Shown piece by piece: positions 1-10,430 of a stretch of 64,000 nucleotides of DNA. A program made the position numbers and the translations under genes. The stretch covers positions 224,001 through 288,000 of the forward strand of contig CAWETI010000003.1 in NCBI GenBank assembly GCA_963812015.1. The letters are read 5' to 3'. Source of the stretch: an uncultured delta proteobacterium (GTDB lineage: Bacteria; Desulfobacterota; Desulfobaccia; Desulfobaccales; 0-14-0-80-60-11). Position 1 is the first letter of the stretch; each line of letters begins with the position of its first letter. A model generated the notes under the pieces. That model did not search any database. It was not told where the DNA came from and saw only the letters and a program-made list of their open reading frames with translations.

Positions 1-88
1 ACTGAGACGTTATCGCAGATCTGTGGAGACGAGTGGACGATCAGCCGGATGCTGCAAATTCCGATTCTTTGCCGCCATGTACCTCCCG

Positions 89-1639
89 TTAGTACCGGTA
101 GGAGAGTTGGCCGCCGGCGATGTAGCGGTGATAACTGTACAAGGAGACGTTAGAGTTGTCTCGGATATAGTAGAAGTGGATGCCGGCTTCCAGGCCTTTG
201 ACTAACTCGTAAGTGCCCTGCATCCCGAGCGTGACGATCTGGTCAAAGCGCTTGGGTTGGGGGATCAGGGGGGCCCCGATGATGTTGCCGACGGTGGCGC
301 CGTTGTAAAAAGTATTTTCATAGGGCTGGCTGGTGAGGTCCAGGAAGATATTGTATTTAAGCTTATCGGTGATGGGCCAGAGGGCCGACAGGAGCAGATC
401 GTAGCTGTTGCTATCCCAGTTGTTGCCGGTGGTGGTATTGTTCAAATAGCTCAAGCGGGCCTGGAGGAACCCTTTTTGCTGCTTGAAAAAGTAGTACATC
501 CCGACATTGCCCCCCAAAGCCTTGCCGCTGCGATCATCCGCATTTAAGAAGACGGGGGTCCAATAATATTGGCGATTATACCTGGCGCCCAATTCCAAGC
601 CGACGTGCTCGGTGAGCAGGTGGAGATACGTAGGGGTCAGGAGAAACCCGGTGTAATACTTGTCTGATTGCAAGTCCATATAGGTATAACTGAAGGGGAG
701 CCAGAAGCGGCCATCTTTAAAGCCATAGGTGGGGGTTAGGCCCAGGAAGTGGCTCATGATGTCGTAGCCCTGCACCGCGGGATGAAAATTCTGGAAATAG
801 GAATATTGGGTCAAAACGCTGAAAGGACCGGCGGGTAAAATAGTATATTCCAGCAGGGCGCTCTGGGAGAACACGGCGCTGGCCTGTCCGGAGACCGTGG
901 ATACCGTGGCGCCGCTGCCGGGGGCGAGGGTGACGTTGGAGTCGTAATCAATGCCCGACGATACGGTGATGTGGAAGGGGCGCAATTCTTCCAGCCGCTG
1001 GGAAAGGACCCCCATGTAGCGCTTGGCGAAATCCGCGGTCTGGGTCTCGGGATTCAGGGTGATGCTGTCCTGCATGGCCTTTTTGGCTTCTTTGAGGCGG
1101 TTGAGGGCGGCCAGGGCCAGACTGGCCTGGAACTTGGCCTCCTGGGCCACTTTGGGATCAGTCTCGGCCTTGCGAAAATAATCCAGGGCTTCGCTGTACT
1201 GGCCCTCTTTGGTGGCCGCAACCCCCAGCAAAAAGGCGGTCTGACCCGGCTCGTAACCGGAGGCCTCCACACTCTGTAAAATAGGCTTGGCGTCCTTGGC
1301 CTGATCCAGGGCGATGAGGGTGTCGGCCAGCATCAATTGGGCCGCCGGAAAATTCGGCTTGAGCCGTAAGGCTTCCTGCAAATTGTCTTTGGCTTTGGCG
1401 TAGTTGAGCATGAGCCGGTAAACCTGGCCCAACAGAAAAGCCTTTTCCGGAGTATGGGTGCCTTTTTCCCAGGCCTCGGTCAATTGCGCCAAGGCCTCGT
1501 CGTAATTCTCCTGCTGCAGGTTTTGGGCGGCCTTCTGCACCAACACATCATCGTAGGGCGTAATCGCCTGGCTCGGTAACGCCCCGATCAGGAGCAGAAC
1601 GAGGAAACATCCCAGGACCGTTGCCGTCCGCTTAGCCAT
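89..1639 (-). CDS. TPR-repeat protein with C-terminal outer-membrane beta-barrel (Slam/DUF560-like)
   Basis: Signal peptide (MAKRTATVLGCFLVLLLIGALPSQA), TPR-like helices, 'DYDSNV' barrel start, aromatic-rich strands, C-terminal 'QLSYRY'. ATG at 1639 preferred over the ORF-track start at 1663. Confidence 0.75.
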   Translation of the reverse strand: MAKRTATVLGCFLVLLLIGALPSQAITPYDDVLVQKAAQNLQQENYDEALAQLTEAWEKGTHTPEKAFLLGQVYRLMLNYAKAKDNLQEALRLKPNFPAAQLMLADTLIALDQAKDAKPILQSVEASGYEPGQTAFLLGVAATKEGQYSEALDYFRKAETDPKVAQEAKFQASLALAALNRLKEAKKAMQDSITLNPETQTADFAKRYMGVLSQRLEELRPFHITVSSGIDYDSNVTLAPGSGATVSTVSGQASAVFSQSALLEYTILPAGPFSVLTQYSYFQNFHPAVQGYDIMSHFLGLTPTYGFKDGRFWLPFSYTYMDLQSDKYYTGFLLTPTYLHLLTEHVGLELGARYNRQYYWTPVFLNADDRSGKALGGNVGMYYFFKQQKGFLQARLSYLNNTTTGNNWDSNSYDLLLSALWPITDKLKYNIFLDLTSQPYENTFYNGATVGNIIGAPLIPQPKRFDQIVTLGMQGTYELVKGLEAGIHFYYIRDNSNVSLYSYHRYIAGGQLSYRY

Positions 1640-1897
1640 TATCCCCCAACTCTTGATGATCACAGGTCATTTTCCCCTCGGTATTTTTTTGCAGGCCTAA
1701 GATAGCACAATAGTTTAGAATGTAAAGCGATTTATGATTTTTGTAGAATATCTTTATCATGATTGCCTGGTCTGCCTGGTATCTGGCTCAGGCACAATGA
1801 CCTTCTCCTGTGGGAGGGAAGGTGGCTGATTCTGGCCCCCAAAGGGCCGATTGCCCCGAGGACAGATGAGGTCCTGGGGAGTTCATGAGGAGTAATC

Positions 1898-2587
1898 ATG
1901 GCAGCGGAAAGAGAAGAGAGGTCCCAGGCCAAGGCCAAATTTCCCCGGGAAATGGACGAGATAAAGGACAAGGTCATGGAGTTGGCCCGTCTGGCCACCA
2001 CCGCCATGGCGCAGAGCGTCCAGGCCGTGCTGACGCGGGACGCGGACCTGGCCCGGGGGGTAATCACCAGGGACGTTGCCATCAATAACCTGGAGGAATC
2101 CATCGACCGGGAATGCGTGCGCCTGATCGCGTTATTCCAGCCGGTGGCCGGGGATTTGCGCCAACTCATGGCTGTGGACCATATCATTACCGAGTTGGAA
2201 CGGATCGGCGACTCCGCCACGAACATCGCCGAAGAAGTGCTTACCCTGGGGCACCTGTCGCCCCGACCCATCCACCCCAGTCTGGCGTCCATGGCGCAAA
2301 GCGTCCAGGGTATGGTGCGCCAGAGCCTGGAAGCCTTTTTCCGGAGCAATTCCCACCTGGCCCGGCAGGTCTGCCTGGCGGACGCCGACGTGGATGCCCT
2401 GGACCAGGCCATTATCCAGGACCTGCTCGGGGAGATGACCGGGGCGTTGGAGGCCATCCTTCCCGGCCAGAGCCAGATCAACATCGTGCGCAATCTGGAG
2501 CGGGTGGGAGACCACGCCACCAATATCGCCGAACAGGTGGTTTTTATGGTGGAAGGGGAGAGCATTCGCCACCGCTGCCAGGGGTAG
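1898..2587 (+). CDS. phoU: phosphate signalling/transport regulator PhoU
   Basis: Two PhoU repeats: 'QPVAGDLR...ELERIGD' and 'NLERVGDHATNIAE'; RBS GAGGAG upstream. Confidence 0.93.
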   Translation: MAAEREERSQAKAKFPREMDEIKDKVMELARLATTAMAQSVQAVLTRDADLARGVITRDVAINNLEESIDRECVRLIALFQPVAGDLRQLMAVDHIITELERIGDSATNIAEEVLTLGHLSPRPIHPSLASMAQSVQGMVRQSLEAFFRSNSHLARQVCLADADVDALDQAIIQDLLGEMTGALEAILPGQSQINIVRNLERVGDHATNIAEQVVFMVEGESIRHRCQG

Positions 2588-2689
2588 GGCCGGGACGACC
2601 GGGGTAGGGCCGGGCTCGGATCGGTCCCCGGGAGCCTCCCGGCCCGAGCGGGCGGGGGGCTAACCTGAGCCAAAAATCCCTTATATCTC

Positions 2690-2718
2690 TTGACAAATCC
2701 CTTTGCTCTTATTAATTT
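2690..2718 (+). promoter_or_regulatory. putative sigma70 promoter of hrcA-grpE-dnaK
   Basis: TTGACA (2690-2695), 17-nt spacer, TAATTT (2713-2718) in an AT-rich patch. Confidence 0.5.
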
Positions 2719-2748
2719 ATATGATTGAAAATGGAAAAGAGCCGCGTC

Positions 2749-3786
2749 ATGGAAGTCCTGGGGGAGAGAGACACCTGGGTATTGAAAACCGTGGTGGCCC
2801 AGTACATCGCGACTGGGGAACCGGTGGGGTCCCGGACCGTGGCCAAGACCTCGGGCCTTAATCTCTCGCCGGCCACTATTCGCAATCTCATGCTGGACCT
2901 GGAAGAAGGCGGCTACCTGCGTCAGCCCCACACCTCGGCCGGCCGGATCCCCACGCCCGAAGGCTTCCGCTATTACGTGGACCATATCCTGCCCGTCCGG
3001 GAATTGGGCCGGTCCATGCAGCAGCAGATCCAGGAGGCGTTCTCGCCCCCGACCCATGAGCCCCAAGAGTTATTTCGCCAGGCCTCCCGAGTCCTCTCCA
3101 TGGTGAGCGGCCACCCAGCCCTGGTGCTGGGCCCTCGCCCCCAGGGCATACGCCTGAAGCATATGCAGTTTATCAGCCTGAGTGAGGATGGGGTGCTGAC
3201 GGTGTTGGTGTCCCAGGATAATCAGGTGCAGACCAGATTTGTGCGCACCGAGACCCGTTTGTCTCAAGAGATGTTGGACCGCTTCAGCCGGTATCTCAAT
3301 GAGCTCTGCCAGAACCTGACCCTGGGGGAGTCCCGGCACCGGATCCTGGTCAAGATGGAAGAAGAAAAGAGCCTGTTCGATAAGATGCTCTCCCAGGCCC
3401 TGAGCCTCAGCCGCCAGGCCCTGCAAAATGACGAGGAAGAAGAACTCTACATCGAGGGCACCAGCCATATCCTGGATTACCCGGAATTTAGCGCCGATGT
3501 GGACAAGATCCGGAGCATCTTCAAGGCCTTTGAAGAAAAGCACCATCTCGTAGTGCTGCTGGACCGGACCATGGCGGCCCAGGGAGTGCAGATTATTATC
3601 AGTCCCGAGGAGCAGTTTCCGGAGATGCAGTTGTCTCTGGTGGCCTCCTCTTACGGCTCCCAGGAGACGTCCTTCGGGAGCCTGGGCGTCATCGGCCCCA
3701 TGCGCATGGATTACGCCCGGCTGGTCCCCATTGTGCGGTACACGGCCGCCATGGTCTCAGGCCTGCTCGCCAAACGACAGACGTGA
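2749..3786 (+). CDS. hrcA: heat-inducible transcription repressor HrcA
   Basis: 'YIATGEPVGSRT..SPATIRN..LEE.GYL.QPHTSAGRIPT..GFRYYVD' and 'GVIGPMRMDY'; lies upstream of grpE-dnaK. Start could be 2725, 2731 or 2749. Confidence 0.96.
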   Translation: MEVLGERDTWVLKTVVAQYIATGEPVGSRTVAKTSGLNLSPATIRNLMLDLEEGGYLRQPHTSAGRIPTPEGFRYYVDHILPVRELGRSMQQQIQEAFSPPTHEPQELFRQASRVLSMVSGHPALVLGPRPQGIRLKHMQFISLSEDGVLTVLVSQDNQVQTRFVRTETRLSQEMLDRFSRYLNELCQNLTLGESRHRILVKMEEEKSLFDKMLSQALSLSRQALQNDEEEELYIEGTSHILDYPEFSADVDKIRSIFKAFEEKHHLVVLLDRTMAAQGVQIIISPEEQFPEMQLSLVASSYGSQETSFGSLGVIGPMRMDYARLVPIVRYTAAMVSGLLAKRQT

Positions 3787-3885
3787 GTGGCGCGCCCTTG
3801 AGACCGGCCTCATCCGGGGGAGCCGGCCGCGGGATATATCGATGAGTTTTAGGTGGTGGGAAGCATGTTAAGGAGAAAGGGGTTT

Positions 3886-4488
3886 ATGACCTTATCCAAA
3901 TCCGATAAGGGCTCGCAGCCTGGAATGCAAGACCCGGAAGCGACGACGGCGCCAGAAGTGACCTCGGGAGCTTCAGGGGACCTGGCGGAGTTACAAAATA
4001 AGCTGCAGGAAAAGACGAAAGAGGCCGAAGAGAACTATGCTCGCCTGCTGCGCCTGGCCGCCGACATGGAAAATTTGAAAAAGCGCCAGGAGCGGGAACG
4101 GGCGGACCTCCTTCAATTCGGAAACGAGAACCTGATCAAAGAACTCCTGCCCGTGGTGGACAACCTGGAGCGGGCCTTGGACCACGGCCGGCAACTGGAT
4201 GCGCCGGGGGCCTTGCTGGACGGCATCGACATGGTTTACCAGGGTTTTCTCAAGGCCCTGGACCGATTCGGCGTCACTCCCCTGGACAGCGTGGGTCAGC
4301 CATTCGACCCGGCTTTCCATAATGCCGTGATGCAGGAAGCGGCCCCGGATCTGCCGGACGGCAGCGTCATCAAAGAATTACAAAAGGGCTACCTCATGAA
4401 CCAGCGCCTGCTCAGGCCGGCCATGGTCGTGGTGGCCCGCAATACCCAAGACGACACTACATCATGTCAAACCGATTCAACGGTTTAG
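3886..4488 (+). CDS. grpE: nucleotide exchange factor GrpE
   Basis: 'ADMENLKKR', 'LLPVVDNLERAL', 'FDPAFHNA', 'KGYLMNQRLLRPAMVVV'. Confidence 0.96.
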   Translation: MTLSKSDKGSQPGMQDPEATTAPEVTSGASGDLAELQNKLQEKTKEAEENYARLLRLAADMENLKKRQERERADLLQFGNENLIKELLPVVDNLERALDHGRQLDAPGALLDGIDMVYQGFLKALDRFGVTPLDSVGQPFDPAFHNAVMQEAAPDLPDGSVIKELQKGYLMNQRLLRPAMVVVARNTQDDTTSCQTDSTV

Positions 4489-4500
4489 GAGGAGAAATAC

Positions 4501-6429
4501 ATGTCTAAAGTAATCGGTATCGATTTAGGCACCACGAATTCCTGTGTGGCCATTATGGAAGGTGGCGAGCCTAAGGTCATCCCGAATGTCGAGGGGACCC
4601 GCACCACCCCTTCAGTGGTGGCCTTCACCGAGAGCGGCGAACGGTTGGTGGGGCAGATTGCCAAGCGCCAGGCCATCACCAACCCTTTAAATACCGTGTT
4701 TTCCGTCAAACGGCTCATCGGCCGGAAATTCAGTGACCCGGAAGTGCAGCGGGACCTGAAGATCCTCCCCTACAAGATCGTCCAGGCGGAGAACGGCGAC
4801 GCCCACATCGACATCCGGGGCAAGGTCTATTCCCCCGCCGAGATCTCGTCCATGATCCTCACCAAGATGAAGCAGACCGCGGAAGAGTATCTGGGGGAAA
4901 AGGTGACCGAGGCCGTGATCACCACGCCGGCCTACTTCAGCGACGCCCAGCGCCAGGCTACCAAGGACGCCGGGCGCATCGCCGGCCTCGAGGTGTTGAG
5001 GATCATCAACGAGCCCACGGCCGCCTCCATGGCCTACGGCCTGGATAAAAAGAAGGACGAACGCATCGCGGTGTTCGATCTGGGGGGCGGCACCTTCGAC
5101 ATCTCCATCCTGGAGATCGGCGAAGGCGTCTTCGAAGTCAAATCCACCAACGGCGACACCCATCTGGGCGGCGACGACTTCGACCAGCGGGTCATCGACT
5201 TCCTGGCGGATGAGTTCATGCGGGAACAGGGCATCAACCTCCGCAATGACAAGATGGCCCTGCAGCGCCTGAAAGAAGCGGCGGAAAAGGCCAAAATGGA
5301 GCTTTCCACCTCCATGGAGACCGAAGTCAACCTGCCCTTCATCACCGCCGACGCCTCCGGCCCCAAGCACCTGCTCATCAAGCTTAGCCGGGCCAAGCTG
5401 GAGGGCCTGGTGGCGAACCTCATCGAAAATATGGTCGGCCCTTGTCAAAACGCCTTGAGGGATGCCAAAGTCACCCCCAAAGACATCGACGAGGTCATCC
5501 TGGTGGGGGGCATGACCCGTATGCCTAAGGTCCAGGAGAAGGTCAAGGAGATCTTCGGCAAGGAACCCCACAAGGGGGTGAACCCCGACGAAGTGGTGGC
5601 GGTGGGCGCCGCCATTCAGGCCGGGGTCCTCAAAGGGGAGGTGAAGGATGTCCTCCTCCTGGACGTCACCCCCCTGTCCCTGGGGATCGAGACCCTGGGA
5701 AGCGTCTTTACCCGGATCATCGACCGCAACACCACCATCCCCACCCGGAAGAACCAGGTCTTCTCCACCGCGGCGGACAACCAGACTGCGGTGACCATCC
5801 ATGTGCTCCAGGGCGAGCGGGATATGGCCGGGGATAACAAGACCCTGGGGCGGTTCGAACTGTTCGGCATTCCGCCGGCGCCCCGGGGCATCCCCCAGAT
5901 CGAGGTCACCTTCGACATTGACGCCAACGGCATCGTCCAAGTCTCCGCCAAGGATATGGGCACCGGCAAGGAGCAGTCCATCCGCATCACGGCGACCAGC
6001 GGTCTTTCCGAGGAGGAGATCAAGAACCTCATCAGGGATGCCGAACTCCATGCCGAAGAAGACCACAAGAAGCGGGCGCTGATTGAGGCCCGCAACCAGG
6101 CCGATACCCTGATCTACACCACCGAAAAGACCGTGACCGACCTGGGGGACAAGGTTGACGCGGCCACCAAGGCGGACATCGAAAGCCACGTCGCCAGCCT
6201 CAAGACCGCCATGGAAGGGACTGACCAGGAGGCCATCAAGCAAAAGAGCGAAGAGCTGATGAAGGCTTCTCACAAGCTGGCGGAACAGATGTACGCCAAA
6301 TCCGGCGCGGCCGGCCCGGGCGAAGGCCCGGGTGCGGGTCCCGGCGCCGGGGCGGGCCATGGCCACGAAGAGAAGGCCAAGAAACCCGAAGAGGAAGTGG
6401 TGGAGGCCGAATTCGAGGAAGTGAAGTAG
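4501..6429 (+). CDS. dnaK: chaperone DnaK (Hsp70)
   Basis: '[11 protein letters not shown]', 'DLGGGTFD', 'GVNPDEVVA'; RBS AGGAGG. Confidence 0.99.
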   Translation: MSKVIGIDLGTTNSCVAIMEGGEPKVIPNVEGTRTTPSVVAFTESGERLVGQIAKRQAITNPLNTVFSVKRLIGRKFSDPEVQRDLKILPYKIVQAENGDAHIDIRGKVYSPAEISSMILTKMKQTAEEYLGEKVTEAVITTPAYFSDAQRQATKDAGRIAGLEVLRIINEPTAASMAYGLDKKKDERIAVFDLGGGTFDISILEIGEGVFEVKSTNGDTHLGGDDFDQRVIDFLADEFMREQGINLRNDKMALQRLKEAAEKAKMELSTSMETEVNLPFITADASGPKHLLIKLSRAKLEGLVANLIENMVGPCQNALRDAKVTPKDIDEVILVGGMTRMPKVQEKVKEIFGKEPHKGVNPDEVVAVGAAIQAGVLKGEVKDVLLLDVTPLSLGIETLGSVFTRIIDRNTTIPTRKNQVFSTAADNQTAVTIHVLQGERDMAGDNKTLGRFELFGIPPAPRGIPQIEVTFDIDANGIVQVSAKDMGTGKEQSIRITATSGLSEEEIKNLIRDAELHAEEDHKKRALIEARNQADTLIYTTEKTVTDLGDKVDAATKADIESHVASLKTAMEGTDQEAIKQKSEELMKASHKLAEQMYAKSGAAGPGEGPGAGPGAGAGHGHEEKAKKPEEEVVEAEFEEVK

Positions 6430-6439
6430 GGCCGGCAAT

Positions 6440-6473
6440 GAGCCTGACACCGGCGGGGGCCAGGGGCTTTTTT
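6440..6473 (+). terminator. possible intrinsic terminator after dnaK
   Basis: Imperfect GC-rich stem (GAGCC...GGCTT) followed by a T run. Confidence 0.3.
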
Positions 6474-6528
6474 GTAAGTGCCCCTGCCCCTTCTGACAAT
6501 TGACACTTAAACCCCTGGCGGGGAAACG

Positions 6529-6577
6529 TTTGAGGGGAGGTCGGGAAAGTAGTTGGCGTCCCGGCCCTCCCCTCAAA
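6529..6577. repeat. palindromic repeat family A (TTGAGGGGAGG...CCTCCCCTCAA)
   Basis: 12-bp perfect inverted arms 6529-6540/6566-6577; the same arms recur at 35823 and 39871. Confidence 0.75.
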
Positions 6578-6614
6578 TTATTCTTTTTAACCAGACCCTG
6601 CGGAAGCCACCGTT

Positions 6615-8471
6615 ATGGTTCGAAAGCTTGTTTTCCTGTTCCTGGTCATGGCGCTGCTGCCGGCCTGCGTCGCCCTGCCGCCCGCTTCGCCTCCCGGGGC
6701 TCCGGGCCCCAAGGTCCAAGCGACCGACACCGCGGTTTTTCAAGAAGCCGAAGCCAGCTACCGCCGTCAGGCCTATCAACAGGCTTATCAGCAATATAAC
6801 CTTTACCTGGAGCGCTATCCCCAGGGGCCCCAGGCCATGGAGGCCCGCCTCAAGGCCGCCGAAATCCTCGGTCTCTTAGGGGACTGGCAGGGATCTCTCC
6901 GGCGCTATCAGGGCATCTTGGCCCGCCAGCCCGGACCGGAGGTCGGACTCAAGGCCCGCTATGGCCTGGGCTGGGCTTACTTCAAGTTGGGCGAGTACCA
7001 GCAGGCCTCCCAGGTGTTGGACAACTTGACGGCGGCGTCGGACCTGCCGCGCTCTCTGTGGTTTTCCACCCAGGCCCTGATGGGCGAGATCGCCCTGAAG
7101 CAGGGCCGGGTGCCCCAGGCTTTTGCCCGCCTCCGGCTGGCGGCCCAGGATTTGGGCTCCGGCGACCCGGAGTGGTTCGAGGACCTGAAAACCCGGCTGC
7201 TGGAACAGGCCACCGTCCAGGAACTCGAGCAGCTGGCGACCGACTACCGGGATGCCCCCCTGAGCGCCGCCCTGCTCCTCCGTCTGGCCCGGGTGGCCCA
7301 GGATTCCGGGCAACCGGAGGCGGCCCGCAAATGGGCGGCCACCCTTAAGGAGCGTTTTCCCGGCAGCCCCGAAGCGGTCGCGGCCGACCGGCTCTTGGTG
7401 GGAAGCAAGGTGGTGGTAGGCTGCCTCCTGCCCTTGAGCGGCCAGCTGAGCACCATCGGTTTTCGGGTGCAGCGGGGCATGGAACTGGCGGCGAAGCGGA
7501 CCCCGGTGAAACTGGTTTTTCGGGACATCGGCACGGACCCGGAATCCGCGGCCGGCATTACCCGGGAACTGGCCCAGGATGAAAGCGTGGTGGCCATCCT
7601 GGGGCCGCTGTCGTCCTCCGTGGCTCAGGACGCCGCCGACGCGGCCCAAGCGGCGTCGGTGCCCCTCATCACCTTGGCCCAGAAGGATGGCCTGACCCAG
7701 ACGGGCGCGTGGATTTTCCAGGCCTTCCTGACGCCCCGTCAACAGGTGCGGGCCCTGGTCCGCCAGGCCATGGGCCAGGGGATCAAGCGCTACGCCGTGC
7801 TCTACCCTGATTCCTCTTACGGCCGCACCTTCTTCCAGAATTTCCAAGACGAGGTGGCGTCCCAGGGGGGTGAGCTGGTGGCCCAGGCCTTCTACAGCCA
7901 GGGCTCCCAAGAGTTCGGACCCACCCTGGCCTCCATGGCTGAGGGTCTCAAGCCCCAGCCGGAAGAGGCGAAGGCAGCCACCGCCCTGTTCATCCCCGAT
8001 GACCCCGCCACCGTGGCCGCCATCGCCGGGAGCCTGGCCGACAGCCCCCTCCAGGGCTGCCAACTGTTGGGCACCAATCTGTTCCATAATGCTCAGATCC
8101 CGGAGGCCCAGGTAACGGCCTTGCAAGGGATTATCTTTCCCGACGCCTTTTTTGCCGGCGACCCCAATCCCGCGGTGCAGAAATTCATTGCCGCCTACCG
8201 CCAGCAGTACGGGGAGGAGCCTGACTACCTGGCGGCCCAGGGCTATGTGGTGTTGAGCCTGATGGCCCGGCTGGCGGAGTCGCACCCGGGACTGAGCCGG
8301 ACCGCGCTCCCCCAGCAGTTGCTGAGCCTCAAGCGCCTTCCAAACCTTCCCTGGTTTAAGGGGTTCAACTCCCAGCGGGAGGAGGAAGCCGATGTGTATC
8401 TCCTCACCCTGACGAGCGGGGGCATCCAGATGGTCCCCGCGTCCCCCGCCGGGACCGAGCCGGGTCAATGA
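6615..8471 (+). CDS. lipoprotein with TPR region and type I periplasmic-binding domain (LpoA/LppC-like PBP activator)
   Basis: Lipobox 'LLPAC', BamD/YfiO-like TPRs ('YLERYPQG'), 'GCLLPLSG', 'ILGPL', 'YAVLYPDSSYGR', 'PDYLAAQGY'. Confidence 0.8.
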   Translation: MVRKLVFLFLVMALLPACVALPPASPPGAPGPKVQATDTAVFQEAEASYRRQAYQQAYQQYNLYLERYPQGPQAMEARLKAAEILGLLGDWQGSLRRYQGILARQPGPEVGLKARYGLGWAYFKLGEYQQASQVLDNLTAASDLPRSLWFSTQALMGEIALKQGRVPQAFARLRLAAQDLGSGDPEWFEDLKTRLLEQATVQELEQLATDYRDAPLSAALLLRLARVAQDSGQPEAARKWAATLKERFPGSPEAVAADRLLVGSKVVVGCLLPLSGQLSTIGFRVQRGMELAAKRTPVKLVFRDIGTDPESAAGITRELAQDESVVAILGPLSSSVAQDAADAAQAASVPLITLAQKDGLTQTGAWIFQAFLTPRQQVRALVRQAMGQGIKRYAVLYPDSSYGRTFFQNFQDEVASQGGELVAQAFYSQGSQEFGPTLASMAEGLKPQPEEAKAATALFIPDDPATVAAIAGSLADSPLQGCQLLGTNLFHNAQIPEAQVTALQGIIFPDAFFAGDPNPAVQKFIAAYRQQYGEEPDYLAAQGYVVLSLMARLAESHPGLSRTALPQQLLSLKRLPNLPWFKGFNSQREEEADVYLLTLTSGGIQMVPASPAGTEPGQ

Positions 8472-9445
8472 TCACCCGGGTTCAGGGATTTTCGGTGGGG
8501 CATGCCCATGATTTCAAACAGGTCACGGGCTGCACCGTGATCCTGTGTCCCGCCGGGACCGTGGGCGGCGCTGATGTCCGGGGCTCCGCCGCCGGCACCC
8601 GCCAGATGGACGCCCTGGTGGGTCTCCACGTGGTGGAAGAAATTCAAGGCGTCTTAATCGCCGGGGGCAGCGCCTTCGGGCTGGACGCCGCCGGGGGGGC
8701 GATGGCCTACCTGGAAGAGCGGGGCCGGGGGTTCGATGTGGGGGTCACCCGGGTGCCCATCGTGCCCACCCTGGTGATTTATGACCTGTCGGTGGGCGAC
8801 TGCCGGGCGCGTCCGGACAAGGCCATGGGTTATGCCGCCTGCCTGGCCGCCACCGACCATCCCCAGGGGGATGGCAGCGTCGGCGCCGGCACGGGAGCTA
8901 CCGTGGGGAAGCTTCTGGGAGTGTCCCAGGCCACCAAGGGCGGCCTGGGAACCAGTTTTCTCACCGGGCCCCAGGGCTTGCAGGTGGGGGCCCTGGCGGT
9001 GGTCAACGCCTTTGGCGACGTGGTGGACCCGGCGACCGGCACCATTCTGGCCGGGGCGCGCCGGGAGCCCAACAGCCACGAGTTCGTCGACACCGCCTTG
9101 ATGCTGCGCCAGGGGTTTGTGCGGCGCCGATTCGGGGAACTCAATACCACCATCGGCGTGGTGGCCACCAATGCCATACTCACCCGGGAACAGGCCCAGA
9201 AAATCGCCCAGATGGGCCACAACGCCCTGGCCCGGTGCATCCGCCCGGTCCACACCCTCTTTGACGGGGACGTGGTGGTTGCCCTGGCCCAACCCCAGGT
9301 CGACGCCGACCTTCATGTTCTGGGCGTGCTGGCGGAAGCCGCCTTGGAACAGGCCATCCTGGGGGCGGTGAAGAGCGCCCACGGCTTGGGAACCCTGCCC
9401 GGCTACCAGGACTTGCACCCGGTCGGGGCAAAGGCAAGCCGCTAA
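8468..9445 (+). CDS. P1/S58 family peptidase (DmpA-like)
   Basis: 'TGCTVIL', 'GGSAFGLDAAGG', 'GSVGAGTGAT', 'NTTIGVVATNA', 'PVHTLFDGD'. Confidence 0.9.
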   Translation: MITRVQGFSVGHAHDFKQVTGCTVILCPAGTVGGADVRGSAAGTRQMDALVGLHVVEEIQGVLIAGGSAFGLDAAGGAMAYLEERGRGFDVGVTRVPIVPTLVIYDLSVGDCRARPDKAMGYAACLAATDHPQGDGSVGAGTGATVGKLLGVSQATKGGLGTSFLTGPQGLQVGALAVVNAFGDVVDPATGTILAGARREPNSHEFVDTALMLRQGFVRRRFGELNTTIGVVATNAILTREQAQKIAQMGHNALARCIRPVHTLFDGDVVVALAQPQVDADLHVLGVLAEAALEQAILGAVKSAHGLGTLPGYQDLHPVGAKASR

Positions 9446-9511
9446 CCCCCGCCGCCGGCTCCCCTCCCCGGGTCCTCTTGAACCACGACAGCAAAGCCTT
9501 TACGGAATCCC

Positions 9512-10177
9512 ATGACCCGAATAGCCGAAAAAATTGGGGTGGACCTCATCGTCTTTGACCTGGACGGCACCCTGGCCGACACCCTGCCGGACCTCACCGC
9601 GGCCGCCAACTTTGCCTGCCGCCGCCTGGGGCTGCCGGAACAGCCCCCGGAGGCTATTCGGAGGATGATCGGCGGCGGGGAGCGTAAATTGATCGAGCGG
9701 CTGGTGGGGCCGTCACATCAGGACGAGGTGGATGCGTGCCTGGAGCTTTATCTGGATCACTACACTTGCCACAACGGGGAATTAAGCCGCCTCTATCCCG
9801 GGGTGGCGGAGACCCTGGCGCTCGTGTCCGGGAAAAAGCTGGCGGTCCTGTCCAACAAACTCCAGCGCCTGACCCAACAGGCTCTGGAAGCTCTTGATGT
9901 TGCCAAATTTTTCACGGCAATCCGGGGGGGTGGTGCAGGTCTCCCCCTGAAGCCCGCGCCTGACCACCTCCTGGCCCTGATCTCGGACCTGGAGGCGGGA
10001 CCCAAGCGCACCCTCATGGTGGGGGATAAACCCGCCGATATCCTGACGGGACGTGAGGCCGGGGCCCGTACCGCGGCCGTCACCTATGGCTATGGGGATC
10101 TGGACTCCCTCAATGCGGCGTCCCCGGATTTCCTCCTGCAGCGCTTATCGCAATTGCCGGACCTCCTGACCGGCTGA
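9512..10177 (+). CDS. HAD-family hydrolase (phosphoglycolate phosphatase-like)
   Basis: 'FDLDGTLADT', 'LSNK', 'KPAP', 'MVGD...D'. Confidence 0.88.
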   Translation: MTRIAEKIGVDLIVFDLDGTLADTLPDLTAAANFACRRLGLPEQPPEAIRRMIGGGERKLIERLVGPSHQDEVDACLELYLDHYTCHNGELSRLYPGVAETLALVSGKKLAVLSNKLQRLTQQALEALDVAKFFTAIRGGGAGLPLKPAPDHLLALISDLEAGPKRTLMVGDKPADILTGREAGARTAAVTYGYGDLDSLNAASPDFLLQRLSQLPDLLTG

Positions 10178-10275
10178 TTCGGGGGCCCGGATTGCCATGC
10201 GGTCCGAGTCAGAATCTCAGGTGGGCCTTAGGGAAAAAACCACCGGACTCAGGGGGCTGGGGCCCGCAATTTTGT

Positions 10276-10304
10276 TTGACAGAACCGGCATTGCTGAATA
10301 TAAC
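10276..10304 (+). promoter_or_regulatory. sigma70 promoter for tRNA-Met
   Basis: TTGACA (10276-10281), 17-nt spacer, TATAAC (10299-10304), 13 nt before the tRNA. Confidence 0.7.
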
Positions 10305-10317
10305 TTGGATAAGTTTT

Positions 10318-10394
10318 GGCGGTGTAGCTCAGCTGGTTAGAGCATGCGGCTCATATCCGCAGTGTCCGGGGTTCAAATCCCTGCACCGCCACCA
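10318..10394 (+). tRNA. tRNA-Met (CAT), elongator type
   Basis: 77-nt cloverleaf: acceptor GGCGGTG/CACCGCC, D-arm GCTC/GAGC, anticodon arm TGCGG-CTCATAT-CCGCA, T-loop TTCAAAT, encoded CCA; G1-C72 paired. Confidence 0.95.
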
Positions 10395-10430
10395 CCAATT
10401 ATTTTAAGTCCTAATTTTAAGGAGGGGGAG

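Noticed and set aside
10..78. Minus-strand ATG with RBS GGGAGG downstream of the TPR-barrel gene
   Set aside because: It stops after 22 codons and is at the window edge; there is not enough support.
4687..6576. 629-aa antisense ORF over dnaK, and similar long shadow ORFs (1732..3066, 6876..8468, 39967..41889, 60574..62436)
   Set aside because: They lie opposite well-identified genes in GC-rich DNA and have no recognisable motifs.
10318..10394. tRNA as initiator fMet, or as an integration site
   Set aside because: G1-C72 is paired and the anticodon stem lacks the initiator GGG/CCC. I saw no integrase and no duplicated tRNA 3' end. tRNA-Ile2 cannot be fully excluded without a model search.
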